From positions 4,203,659 to 4,267,658 of the forward strand of contig OZ316895.1 in the NCBI GenBank assembly GCA_973895155.1: a DNA stretch of 64,000 nucleotides, read 5' to 3'. The translations under genes were made by a program, and so were the position numbers. Below, in pieces: positions 24,801-36,777 of the stretch. The notes below the pieces were generated by a model. The model was not told the DNA's origin and made no database searches. It saw only the letters and a list, made by a program, of their open reading frames with translations. Source of the stretch: Marsupella aquatica. Taxonomy: Eukaryota > Plantae > Marchantiophyta. Every line of letters starts with the position of its first letter. Positions within the stretch are counted from its first letter, which is position 1.

Positions 24801-26137
24801 GGAGGAGGGGCCTCAAGTATTGTTTACAAGGGTGTTCAGCCAGAGGGTGTAGAGTTTGCGGTGAAGAAGCTTCTCCCCGCAGTTGATGCAGCTGGCAATA
24901 CAGATTTGAGGGATAGCCGTGTCAGCAACCACCCCGGCAACCACCCAGAGAGAGACCAAGCCAAAGAAGCAGAAGCTATGGCAAACTTCCGACATAGAAA
25001 TATACTAAAGTGTTTGGCTTTCTACTCCAAGTTGGACCTAAGAGCACTGATTTTGGAATACTTGTGTGAAGGAAGTTTGCATGAACATCTTCACGGAGGG
25101 AGAGAATGTAAGCTTACATGGGAAACCAGACTCAAAATAGCCATGGGTCTGTCCCAAGGACTACGGTATCTACATCATGATTTACCGGAGCCCATCATTC
25201 ATAGAGACTTAAAGCCTAGGAATATCCTTCTGGATGCAGATTTCGAGCCCAAAATTGGTGACTTTGGTATCTTTAAGTTTGTCAATCAACTAAGAGATGG
25301 GCAGGCCATAGCGTCAACATTTTGTGGAACAATTGGTTACATGCCACCAGGTGAGAATGTGCACATTTAGATATAGTAGCGGTAAGTCCAACTGTCTAGT
25401 TATTACACGCTAATTTTCCAGTTTATTTTCTTCGTTTTGTTCTATGCTAGATCATTCAGCTTAGTCTATGGAATGGCAAATCATTGTCCAAATTTTTAGT
25501 GAAACTTAGATGCAACTTTCCAAGTTCACTTGGCAACTGGTTTTGAACAGCTGAAGTATTTGATGAACAGTCTTAGGCACACTCTTGAAGGTACATTCAT
25601 CGTCATATATTAGTTCATATACATTTGTTCAAATATTGAATGTCACATACATGGTAGCTGGCAGTTGTCCCCTTGATTTCGGTGATACTTTACTCATTGA
25701 TGATATTTTGAATGTCTTTCAGAATACTCCAGCAGTCCATTGGTCTCCACCAAAGGTGATGTTTACAGCTATGGGATGGTCCTTCTTGAGCTTCTTACAC
25801 GAACACAATCATCATCAATGACAGACGTAGGGGATTTCTCCTGAAAATTATTCAAAACGTAGAGAAATCCTTTGAGTTGCTGGATCCATATCTTTTGGAG
25901 GAGTGTCGTTCTGACAACAAGGCCATGGAACAAATTATGTTGCTGTTAAGGGTGAGCCTTTTCTGCACGAGATTGGTGCCACTAAGCCGTCCTTCCATGA
26001 TTGATGTGGTAGGAATGCTGACGTTCATCGTAAATTTTGGAGTAGAATCTGTTCGTAAGAGAACAGTAGACGAGCTTGCAAATGACAAGGATCCTAAGAT
26101 TTGGTCGTATGAGGACCCAGCACTCCCAGCAGCTTAG
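21889..26137 (+). pseudogene. LRR receptor-like kinase (LRR-XI/XII-like architecture) with two frameshifts
   Basis: N-terminal hydrophobic segment, LRRNT (ALKSWN...CSSWAGVTC), many LxxLxLxxNxLxGxIP repeats, NPALCG cap and TM helix. Kinase motifs GGGASSIVYKG, AVKK, HRDLKPRNILLD, DFG, GTIGYMPP|EY, KGDVYSYG and RPSM. Intron 25351-25722. Frameshifts at about 23240-23255 and about 25830. Confidence 0.85.
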
Positions 26138-26944
26138 GGAGCTTAGCTAGTTGGCATTTCGGCTCATCTGGCTGATAGACTATAATTATGACTTGGCTAA
26201 CCTAGATATACTCTTGTATAATAAATATGGGTTACATTTTTATATAGACTAAAAATCTAATTATACGACAAATAATATTTGAAAAAACTTATTCCTAAAC
26301 CTGTTGTAAGTTTTATTCAAAATTAGAATCCAAAAATGCTTACTAGTTTGGTTGTAGACCCCTTAATAGATTATTAAAAACAAGCCATATAATCTGGCTT
26401 TGATCAAGTTTCTTACAACAAAATATATTCAGTTTTTTTTAAGTTACATTTGGGGATACAAGAGTTTAGTAGACTAATTAAAATGAAAGTGTATCATTTT
26501 CTTCACACTTGTTGTAACACAAGTGTGGTGGTCACCTCAAAAACTCGCCGCTTGACGTCCATGAACAATGGCATTCGATGGATTCACCCACTTACGCGGA
26601 CGCCCGCGGCGAGTTGCAACCACTTCACACGAGTGATAAGTCTCCACCATTGATAAGTAAAATCCAATGGATATGAATTAATTGATGACGTGAAATTTTC
26701 TCTGAATTTATAAATTTGCAAGTCTCTAACTAGACCTGTAAAAAGGCACTTTCAAAATAAATCAAATGCCCTTTCCAAAAAGTTAATACTGTAGGTTAGT
26801 ATCTTTTGTTCAGTGTCTATCTTACAGTATCACACAATGCACATGCCACTGGTACTGGGCCAACCTTCAATTGAAAGGATTTCATAGTGTGGACAGAGAA
26901 CATGATTACAGTTCACCGTAGTCAGTGCTATGCAAGAATTAGGG

Positions 26945-27345
26945 TTAGTACAAAATTAGTGTTACTAACAGTAAATTTGGTAAAGGTGATTGTGAGTCAA
27001 AGTAACACTAATTTTCTTTGGGTTTTCAAAATAGTTTTTCTCCATTTTTGTTTTAATTGCTAGAAGAAATGGATAATCTTGAGTCCGAAGTAACACTGAT
27101 TCTTGTGAATTTTTCAAAATAAATTTGTTCCCTCTATTTTTCCACTCTTGGGACCACAATAACACTAATTCATGTGTGCAGAATAATGTTAACACAAAAT
27201 TAGTGCACTAACATTAATTTGAGAGTGCACCACAATAACACTAATTCATGTGCACAGAAATAGAGTTAACACTAATTTGCCAGTGGACCCTGAAAATCGG
27301 CACTCTCAAATTAGTGTTAGTCACACTAATTACCTTCAACAGTGT
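26945..27345. repeat. Cluster of TAACACTAAT motifs in both orientations; possible end of a CACTA-type element
   Basis: Many direct and inverted copies of taacactaat/attagtgtta ending near cagtg at about 27344. No matching opposite end was found. Confidence 0.45.
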
Positions 27346-28502
27346 AGCATGTTCATCCTTGACCTTACTTCAATATTTGTCCTCTAGCAAACTAGAAGGA
27401 CAATTGTTTTATCTTCATGACTGAATCTAGCTAAATGTATTTTTCTTAAAGGGAACAATAATGTTTTTTAAATTAGGTGTACTTAAAATAGGCCGGCTAT
27501 GTCCATAGGCAATAAATTTTCTTCCTGTCAAAGTAGTCATTAATACCAACAACTGACAATTATTACTGGTCTTTCTTTTTGAAATCAAGTGTTTTCCAGA
27601 GTGTCATGGAATAGTTGAAGGGAACCCCAAAGCTGCAAGCTTGAGTTATGAGCCTGCCCGAGTGAATGAGCAGCTTTTATTGAGGGGGGTATGGGTGGGA
27701 ACCCTACAGGTACAGGGTTCAATTCTGAGCTGTGAGAAATTTTTATTGAGGGGGATTTGTATGCTAGTTTAGTGTCAACTTCAAATCTGTGGTCAATTTC
27801 AAACTGGGAAGTCAATGAATGACTGGTGGATGCAAAAAAAGTCCAAAATAAATGTAAGTTACACAATCTAGAAAATTTTCATTGTGAGCAGGTCAGATGG
27901 CTTAGCTGTGAAGCATGTTGAACAATCATTCATATGCCAGAGGCATGTTCACAGGTCAAATGGATTCTCTAAAAAGGGAAATTAAATAACAACAATAACA
28001 AATGTCCTAGTGCAATCCAAACACCAATAAGAGGAGATTAAATAATGATAATATCAAAATGTCCAAGTGCAATCCAAACCCTGACCAGCACAACTACATT
28101 TTACTATGTCGTGTCTACCTTCAACATCATTCTCTCTAAACGACATTCTCCACCAAAACGTATCCTTCACCAACGTAAGCCTAAACGCGTGACATGTGAC
28201 ACACATCGTGTGAAACCACGAGGCTTTGGACCCTCATGTTACATTGAATAAGGCATTGCAAACTAAACGCCGCACCCAGTAGAACTAGTAATGGCATGAG
28301 GAAGGATGTACGTAAATGACATATTGTTGGCATGGACAAAGTAAAGTGCGATGTCTGGGGGGACGTGCATGGATATGTCATTGCAAACATTGTAAGATTC
28401 CATACCCTGCATGCACCAGGCAATGTAAATTCAATGTTGTGGCGTGGTAGACGTAGGGGACCAATGTGGGAATGACATAAATTGTGTGCAATCCCATTAA
28501 TT

Positions 28503-29072
28503 GGGGTCTCACTATATGGATCAGTTGCTCGGGGGCCTCAATCCAAGGGGTGTCTCATATCATGCTCGAAGTTTTGGGGGAATAAACACCCTAATTTAAG
28601 TTAAGTCAATAAAGTTTTTTTCAGGAATTTTTTTACCCCTAACTTAATGGAATAAAACCCTATGATTCTTATAATTCTCAAAATTGGATTAAAATAACAC
28701 TAATGTTCTTCAACAAAAATTTAAAAGTATTTCACTAAACCCAATAAAAAAACCCTATACTTATTTGCGCGTGATGGGTCGGAAGAAAAGAAGTGAGGAC
28801 CCCGGGATCAGTTGTGACATTTTCAGGTCTTGGACCCCCTAAAATGTAAGAATATATTTGAAATATTTTAACCCCTATAAAGTTGGAATATGCAAAAGAC
28901 TATTCCCAAATTTTGATTAAAAAGACACTAATGTTCTTATAAGACTCAAAAATGAATTTAAAAGACCTTATTGTTCTTCTACCAAATTCTTAAGTCTTCC
29001 CTTAGAACCAATAAAATGACTCAGATATCCTTCGTCGCATGTGATGTGCCATTTTTGTGAAAGTGAAACCCA
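28503..29072 (+). mobile_element. MITE-like family A, two adjacent units
   Basis: Starts ggggtctcactatatgga; internal gaccccctaaaatgtaagaa and gaaccaataaaatgac; units end agtgaggacccc (about 28803) and agtgaaaccc (about 29071). Confidence 0.65.
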
Positions 29073-30596
29073 CAAGGTGCAATCTGTCATGAGTCATTTT
29101 AGAGTCAGGTACAGTAAATTTAGAGCTAGATCCAACTCCCGGACCTACTTGGTTCACTCGTGAGATTTTTTGCGAGAGAATTTGGGTTAACGCTACTGGG
29201 ACCTCACTTCACGCCCATTCGTGATTCGAGACTTCCACTCCTCTTTAGTGCACAGACTTTGCAATGTGTTTCTTTTGCTTGGTGAAGAGGACAAGACTGA
29301 TCACAGGTTCTTTTGTTGTGGAGGTGTGATCGACAAGTTTTGTACCTCAAAGACGGTATACTTGCTAGCCAATACCTGGAAACAAGTCTCAAAGCACTTC
29401 AGTGACTACCCCGGATTGATCGAGCACTTTGTGGAGACAATGCATTTCATCTCTATTTGTTGGGTAGAGTACTCCATTCTGGGCAATAAGGAGTTGGATC
29501 CAGGAGATTTCTTGCTGCATTCAGACGATGATCAAATGTTGGATGAAACACCCAAGCATCATGATATATGGTGAGGCTCATCCACCAACCTTGCCTAAAT
29601 CATGCGAGTGTGACCAACTGAGCTTGATAAATTGTGTTGTATGATTACAAGGAAAAGTTGTGCAGCTGAGATTGAGGTTGAAAGACTAAAGGTTGGGGAA
29701 GCAGTGTCGGCAAGAAATGGAACGCGAGCCAAAGGCATGATTTGTACAAAAAGAGGAAGGTAGATGAGGAGTACTACCAGTTGGTTTGGTGAAGGGACTC
29801 CATAAGCAACACCACTGCAAAGGTCAGCGAGCCAAAGAGAGAGCACCATCATTTGCCTAGGATTGGAATCAGTTTAGACTGGAATCAGAATCATACCTCA
29901 TGTGCACCTTTGTATGTTCTAAGCGCATGAATAAAAAGTCCTTCCAGGCAATTTATCAAGAATTTATCTTTTTAATGTGCACACGTACTATGAGTAACGT
30001 TGAATGAAACATTTTATGTCACTTAAAGTATTGTTTAATAAAGATTTATTACTTTGAATACATTGTAACCCAAATATGTCCCTTAATGTGCAACAACATT
30101 GCGTAGTATATTATTTATGTCCTTTGTACAACGTATGGGATGATGTAAATATGAATTAATGTCTACCCTAGGTATACACAATGCAGTGTTGTATAACTTG
30201 ATTTAGGCCAACGTTAGTTAGTGCAAAGTGTCAATTGGTCGACGTGATAAGGGTTTACCTGCTAAAACATACCCATTCAAGGTTGGTTGAAGGCCAAGGT
30301 TTAATGGGTTTTAATGTGTTTCTAGCTATAAAGTGAGGAAAAAATAAACTTTGGACAACTCTCCCTCCAGTTTTCCAGATCCCAAATGCCCTTACAAATG
30401 TCAATATATATCTGGAAGGTGGTCACAGCCAATACATATAAATGGAGGGTGTTCACATGTGGTGATGTCAATCCCCATTGTTTGCAAGGGGCTGATGGCA
30501 TTAAGCCCTTCCTTTGTTGAGGGAAGATGAGAATGACAATGGACCATCATCTCATAGTGCATGTGCATGATTGGAACCATAATGCATTGATCCCTC

Positions 30597-30863
30597 GGAG
30601 GTCTAACTATATGGAGGTCTCCCCATCGTCTACGACCCCCTAAAATGTAAGAAAAATATTATTTTAAACCCCTATAAAGTTGGAATATTTCAAAAATGTG
30701 ATTAAAAGACCCTATTGTTCTTAGAAGTCTCAAAATTGGATTTAAAAGACCCGATTGTTCGTCTGCAAAAATTCTTAAGTATTCCCTTAGAACCAATAAA
30801 ATTACCCTATATATATCCTTCATCACACATGATCATGTTCCATTTTTATGGAAGTGACACCCC
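30597..30863 (+). mobile_element. MITE-like family A copy
   Basis: ggaggtctaactatatggagg ... ggaagtgacacccc, with internal blocks homologous to 33352-33597. Confidence 0.7.
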
Positions 30864-33351
30864 TAAGATTAATCCACCTAGCTAGGAAAAACTATGGTGT
30901 CCCCTGGGCCCTCACTCTTTGTATATTATACAATCATACCTGTGAGCCTCCCCTACAGAGGTACCCCTTCTTATTAATTTTTCTCCTATAGAGATTATCC
31001 TTGTTTTTTTTATAAAAACCAAAAATTTCCTCTTATTAAAGTATCTTCAGTGTATTACAAAAGGGAGTTTTGGGCAATAATAATTATCCTTCATATATTA
31101 CAATTTCACTCCACACACCCGGTCCATCCCCCATCGCACCCGGGATCGCCCCCAATCCTCCCTTCAAAAGTTTTTTGGCTTAGCATAGCTGCCAGTATTA
31201 ACATTTTAATCTATGAAGGAGATATGGATACTATTAGGATAATACACGTGTACCAATTATAATTTGACACATGTACCAATAATATGATGCCGCGTGTTGC
31301 TACCTATTGATTTACCCTTACGCAAAAGTAAGAAGGATGTCATTTCAAGGGATCTTGCAAAATTACAAAGTGATTTTGGTATATATGCGGAGGTTGCGGA
31401 ATTGTAAGCGAAATATAAAAATTACCGTCGAAGGGATAAAAATGACCCTTGAACGGTTCTCAAGTCCTCCCCATATTAGAAAGGAGTGGGGGCCCAGGGA
31501 TGGTGTCACTAAACTCAGTCCCTGTGGGTGCAACTCAGGTTGTGTCCACGCAATAAAAACCACACTCATCGATCCTCAACCATCATAGCATCAGTCAATC
31601 CTCTACCTTCCGTCCCATCCTTGGCGGTTGGTGTGTGGGACAATCCCTCATTCCCTGGGATGGAGTTGGATTCACAACCACCCTCTGTAACTCCCATCAA
31701 GAGCCAAGTGAGGATTGAAGATATTGGCCCTCATGCCTGGCCTCATGATTCAAGTAGCTCAGAGTTAAGGCCACACAAAAGGCAACATCATTCACGTTCT
31801 TTGAGTAGCAATAGTAGCATTGAGATGAGACAACAAAGGAAGGGAAAGGAGTGCACGGACAGAGATAGCAGCCCAGATAGCAGCAACAAACACAAGAAAA
31901 AAAGGGCTAATCTAGAGACTCAAGGGCCGACAGAGATAGGAGAGCTCAAAGGTCACCTTGACAGTCACAATCAATCCCTGGTCAGCGGAGAGCTTCTCCT
32001 CAACAAGCAATTGCTACTTGTACCAACAGAGAAAATTGCCGGTCATCAGCCTGACTACTTTTGATGCAAAGCTAGAGGTTCTTGATGAGAAGGCACCGAC
32101 AAATCAAGTGCAGGTCTGTTGTACAAAGCACTACTCTGGGTGGAAAAACCTGGTGCACAATACAAAGAAGTTTCAAGTCCTCCTCAATGACATATAGGCC
32201 GGATTCAAGCATGGCAGTCAAAGAGATTGATTTTTGACACATTAGACAGAAGATTATGAGTTTCCTAGCTAACAGAAGATTCAGGTGCAGAAGCAAGGTC
32301 CGAGCAACAAAATGCAAACAGACAGTGAGGGCAATACCACAATCCTGAAGGGATGACTGAGTCAGACTTCAATTTTATAGTGTCTGAACTTGAAGCACCC
32401 CAGACACCCCAATAGGAAAACAAGTGCACATAGGTGACAAAGCCACTGCAACTCAAAAGAAGAGAGGGTGCCTTCTAGTAACTGATTTTTGGGGGCAAGG
32501 CGGATGGCAAGGATTCCTTGCAACCTATGTAAGTCCTGGACCCTTCTTTTGTTTTCATATGGCCATTGGGGTGGAGACGTACCTGAGTTTAACATGATTT
32601 TTTCAATTTGCATCACTAAAAACCTGCATAATGTTGTTCCCCTTGATGTTAAATTATAGTTACTTAATTCCTCTTTTGTAACGTAAGTGTTGAGTAACAT
32701 CATTGTGTAGATGTTACATCTGACTATGCACGCAAATATAACAATGAAAGGGACGAACTTAAACCAGGTATGTCCTTTGGAACAAGGTTACATATATGTA
32801 CTAGTACACGTTGTTGTCACCTACCCGCAGAAACGCAAGTTTGGAGCCGATGCTGAGCCGAGTGAGGAGGATCGGCTGTACTCAAAACGGTATGGCCCGG
32901 CAGCGCTATGGGCCAAGTTGGTCTCGGGCCCAGAGGATCACTAAGTAAGAGCTATTCTGAATGCTAGGTTGTAGGTGACTTGTAGACTACTCTGTTTTTC
33001 TGGACATAAATTGATAGAAATGCTCTCACGCAGGGGGAGGGTTGGACTCCTTTGGAGAGCTTGGTGGCATGACCCAACCCTGAGGATCACTTGCCAGCCA
33101 GGGTACCGCACAAGGAGGGGTTCCCCAGAGGAGGCCCTAGTAGATTGTGGGCAGCAAGACATTGTTGGCACGCAGGCCAGGCGACACGCTGGTTCTTCTT
33201 GTGATCTATTTCCAGAGGCAGAGACTCATATATAGGGGGCATACTATTGGCCGAGGCCGGAGGGAGCAAGAGAGAGAGAGTTGAGGGAGGGAGAGAGAGG
33301 GAGAGAGGGAGAGATAGGTCCGATAGGTCTATGGAGGGAGAGGGAGAGCTC

Positions 33352-33597
33352 GGGGGTCTCACTATATGGAGGTCTCCCCATCACTTGCAACATTTTTAGG
33401 CCTTAGACCCCCTAAAATGTAAGAATTTTTTTCAACCCCTGTAAAGTTGGACCCTATTATTCTTATAAGTCTCAAAATTGGATTTAAAAGACCCTATTGT
33501 TCTTATCAGAAAATTCTTAAGTCTTCCCTTCGAACCAATAAAATGACCCTATACTTCATCGCACGTGATATGCCATTTTTGTGGAAGTGAAACCCCC
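33352..33597 (+). mobile_element. MITE-like family A copy with intact TIRs
   Basis: TIRs GGGGGTCTCACT ... AGTGAAACCCCC (11/12 match); 246 bp, AT-rich and non-coding. Confidence 0.75.
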
Positions 33598-34629
33598 AAG
33601 CTTGCTGGACTTCATCCGACATTTTCTACATATCCCATTACAATATTATCTAATATGACACACTTTTCTCAGATTACAATGTCTATACTATATGCATATT
33701 GAATGTGTATCCCTACACCCTTACCGCCCACCAAAATATAACTCACCCCAATGTAGCGCCAGAGGGCGTTTATAACCTACATTAACATTGTATGCTAGAG
33801 TCATTCTATCCACAATGCCCCATTCAAGTCCTGAGCGACGTTTCTGATATTCACGTTGATCCACACATTGGAGTTACCACTCCTTTTTAGATGTAATACA
33901 TACTAAGGTCTTCCTTTGAACCATTACGTACCTCGTCTCTCACAAGGTTAACCAGGTATGTCGTTGGATGCTATGTACATTACGACGGAGTTTGCAACAC
34001 TTTTAGCATAGACGACGCCGAAGATGACATAAACGTCAGGTTGCCATATAAATTCACCAAGCATTTTAATGACACGTACATAGGACATTGTTAAAGAAAT
34101 ATACCACATTATATGCAAGGTATTTTGCGCACTTTGAGATGCTGTTAAGGACATCTTGACTTATGATGTACTTTACGTTGCCACATTGACGTCGTGCAAT
34201 GCGTCTTTGCATTTACACGTTTAAACTTCGCGTTTAGCCTGTTGTAAGGCTATGTTAATTTAAAAAAAGGAGTTGTGCAGATACCGTATCTTGAGTGGCC
34301 AAGGAGCTGGCAAATTTTTGTTGTACACTATGGAGCGTGTATGCTGTACACTATGGAGCTGGTTACTCAAGTTACTCTAAAAAACAGACCATCTCCAACC
34401 CAACTGGCTTTGCTAGTGTAACTGGGTGTTGACCAAACCCACTAAAGAAAATCTAGAAAGTCAGGTCCAACCAACTAACTCTATTGCGATGTGGATTTCA
34501 AGAAGGCTGGGGGTTTTTGGGTTACTAGATCCGTATATAGGAGAGATTATACACTGGTTGAGCATTTACAGGGTTTGTTGTTGGGTTTTCAAGATCTCAA
34601 TCTATGGGTGTCAGATCTTGATAGCTGCT

Positions 34630-34900
34630 GTGTAGGGAAGATTACCCTGTCAAGGTTGGGGCTCCTTTTCAGTTGGCCCCTAAAGATACTTACACTGAAC
34701 TAAATATAAGATATTGTCATGTGTGGGGAAGATTAATTAGCCTCTTAAGGTTGGGGCTCCTATTCAGTTGGCCCCTAAAGATACTTACATTGAACTAAAT
34801 ATAAGACATTGTCATGTGTAGGGCCTGTTAAGGTTGGGGCTCCTTTACAGTAGGCCCCTAAAGATACTTACACGGAACTAAATATAGAACATTGTCATAC
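34630..34900. repeat. Tandem repeat of 82-95 bp, x3
   Basis: aaggttggggctcct...ggcccctaaagatacttaca..gaactaaatata at 34652, 34747 and 34829. Confidence 0.9.
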
Positions 34901-34927
34901 TGGGTATTTAATGTACCCACTTACTAA

Positions 34928-35355
34928 GAGCATCTCCTACTCAGTGTGGGTGGCTAACGGGAACGGGGTTTTTCACCAACGCCATTAAGCAATGTATGAA
35001 ACACACCCCCTAGGGGAGAACGAGAACGGGAACGAGATCGTATTTTTCGTTCACGGGGTTTTCTCTTGCAAGAACGGGATTGTGGAGGCTAAATCCTGCT
35101 TTGCTCCATCCACGGGGTTCTTGACTGGATACAGCAGATATGCATTACAGTAAGGTGGAGGAAAGTCTTTCTTCTGTGCGGGAAGGAGGCAGTCTAACAT
35201 GTGTCTTCAAGAAACCCCTGATCCTGTATATCCTTGTATCCATTGGGGTTGGACTTTCTCACCACTCAGCCCATACACCCAGTGTACTAAAATTAGAGTG
35301 TCAAAATAGGGGTATTTAATGTATACACTGAGTGAACCCAACTTAGGAGACGCTC
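34928..35355. mobile_element. Tourist-type (PIF/Harbinger) MITE, 428 bp
   Basis: TIRs GAGCATCTCCTA / TAGGAGACGCTC (11/12 match) with a TAA target-site duplication at 34925-34927 and 35356-35358. Confidence 0.85.
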
Positions 35356-36777
35356 TAAGCATCCGGTTGGGTTGGGGATGCTGGTTTCCTATAAAAGAGC
35401 AAACGAAGTCTAGAGTGAAGACTCTAGACAGTAAACCTTAAATACACACAAAAGTAAAAAAACTTTAAATAAGGATAGACAAAACTGAAATGGATGTGCA
35501 CAAAACAACAAGGTAAGTGAAATAGAAATTTGGCTTTTGTAAGTTTGTTGCTTCGTGGTCAGATTTGAGAATGTAGCCTTGTGTGAAGAAGATCCATGAA
35601 CTAATCTTAGTAGATCGTCCTTTGACTAGATCTCCCTTGATTTGAGGTTCATCATTATAATCTGGCGGAGAATGCTTTTCACAGACTGAGGTGGAATCTA
35701 GCCAATATTGGAGTCAGTCATTTTCTCGACCAGGGTCCCACCCCAGCTAGCCCATTACCACCTCTTACGGTTGTGGCTTTGTGCATTGCAGGTCTAGCCA
35801 AGGACGTAAAAGGTAACATAGGCTGATAATAATGGCGTGCATTAATAACGAACCCCATGATCTACTGCAGGCACGCCTCAAGCCCTGAGATGACGGTGAA
35901 GGACTGGAGCTGTACAGTAGATTGCGGAATCATCAGCATCAGAGGACCAACTTGTCGGGCATGTCTTGCTAGCTGCAATGCTTCTTCTTCGGTTGCGAAT
36001 TCTCAATATGTGAAGTAAGTCAGCCTACTGTGCTAGCATCGGACGCTATGGGACGTAGCGTTTGATTGTTCGATCCAGCTACACAATCGCGTTGACAATG
36101 TATCACGGATAGAATGGCTCCAGCAGCAGGCGAGTGGCGAGCTGAGCACATCTCTGACACTCTCTGTCTGTATTTGCTCATGTGGTACAGTCGCATGTTG
36201 AGTACTCGAGTCACCGGCCAGGGCAACTGGCAACACAAAATATCTACGCATTATCGAAACGTAGGCTCAGATCGACTAGTGATCGATAAGAGACCACTTG
36301 CTTACTCTTATGGACAGACCGAGTCAGCAATGTTCCAATCTCGCGTGAGTTCTGTCTTTGAGCTTACATTTCTTGACTCTGAATTTGAGTATCAATGCGA
36401 TCCTCTTCTGCCTTGGCCGGCAGCAGGTGATTTGGGTCAGGGCTCATTGGAATTTAGGACTGGGACCTTGAATCCGAGCAATGTCGACTGCCCAGTGCAT
36501 TTTCTAATAGAGTTCACATTCCTCTGCTGTTTGTTCAGTCGATTCTCCCTCTCGATCTGTGGTTTGTAGGCTAGGATTCATATAATTCAGGCAAGAGGGC
36601 CAAAGTATTTGAATGAGTAGTAGGCACCGAGACATAATTAGTATGTAGGGATGTCAATGAAACAGTTCTTCCAACTGCGCGCTGCAGCATCTGGTGGCTT
36701 TGTGCAGCTGTAAGGATGCTGCACACTTCGAACTAGCGGGAGTTCTTATAAACTTTTTGTGAGAAAACCTATTTACG

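Noticed and set aside
28100-34260. Possible long Mutator-type TIRs bracketing 28-34 kb
   Set aside because: Only a short shared motif (ctaaacgcg in inverted orientation) was seen; no convincing alignment or TSD by eye.
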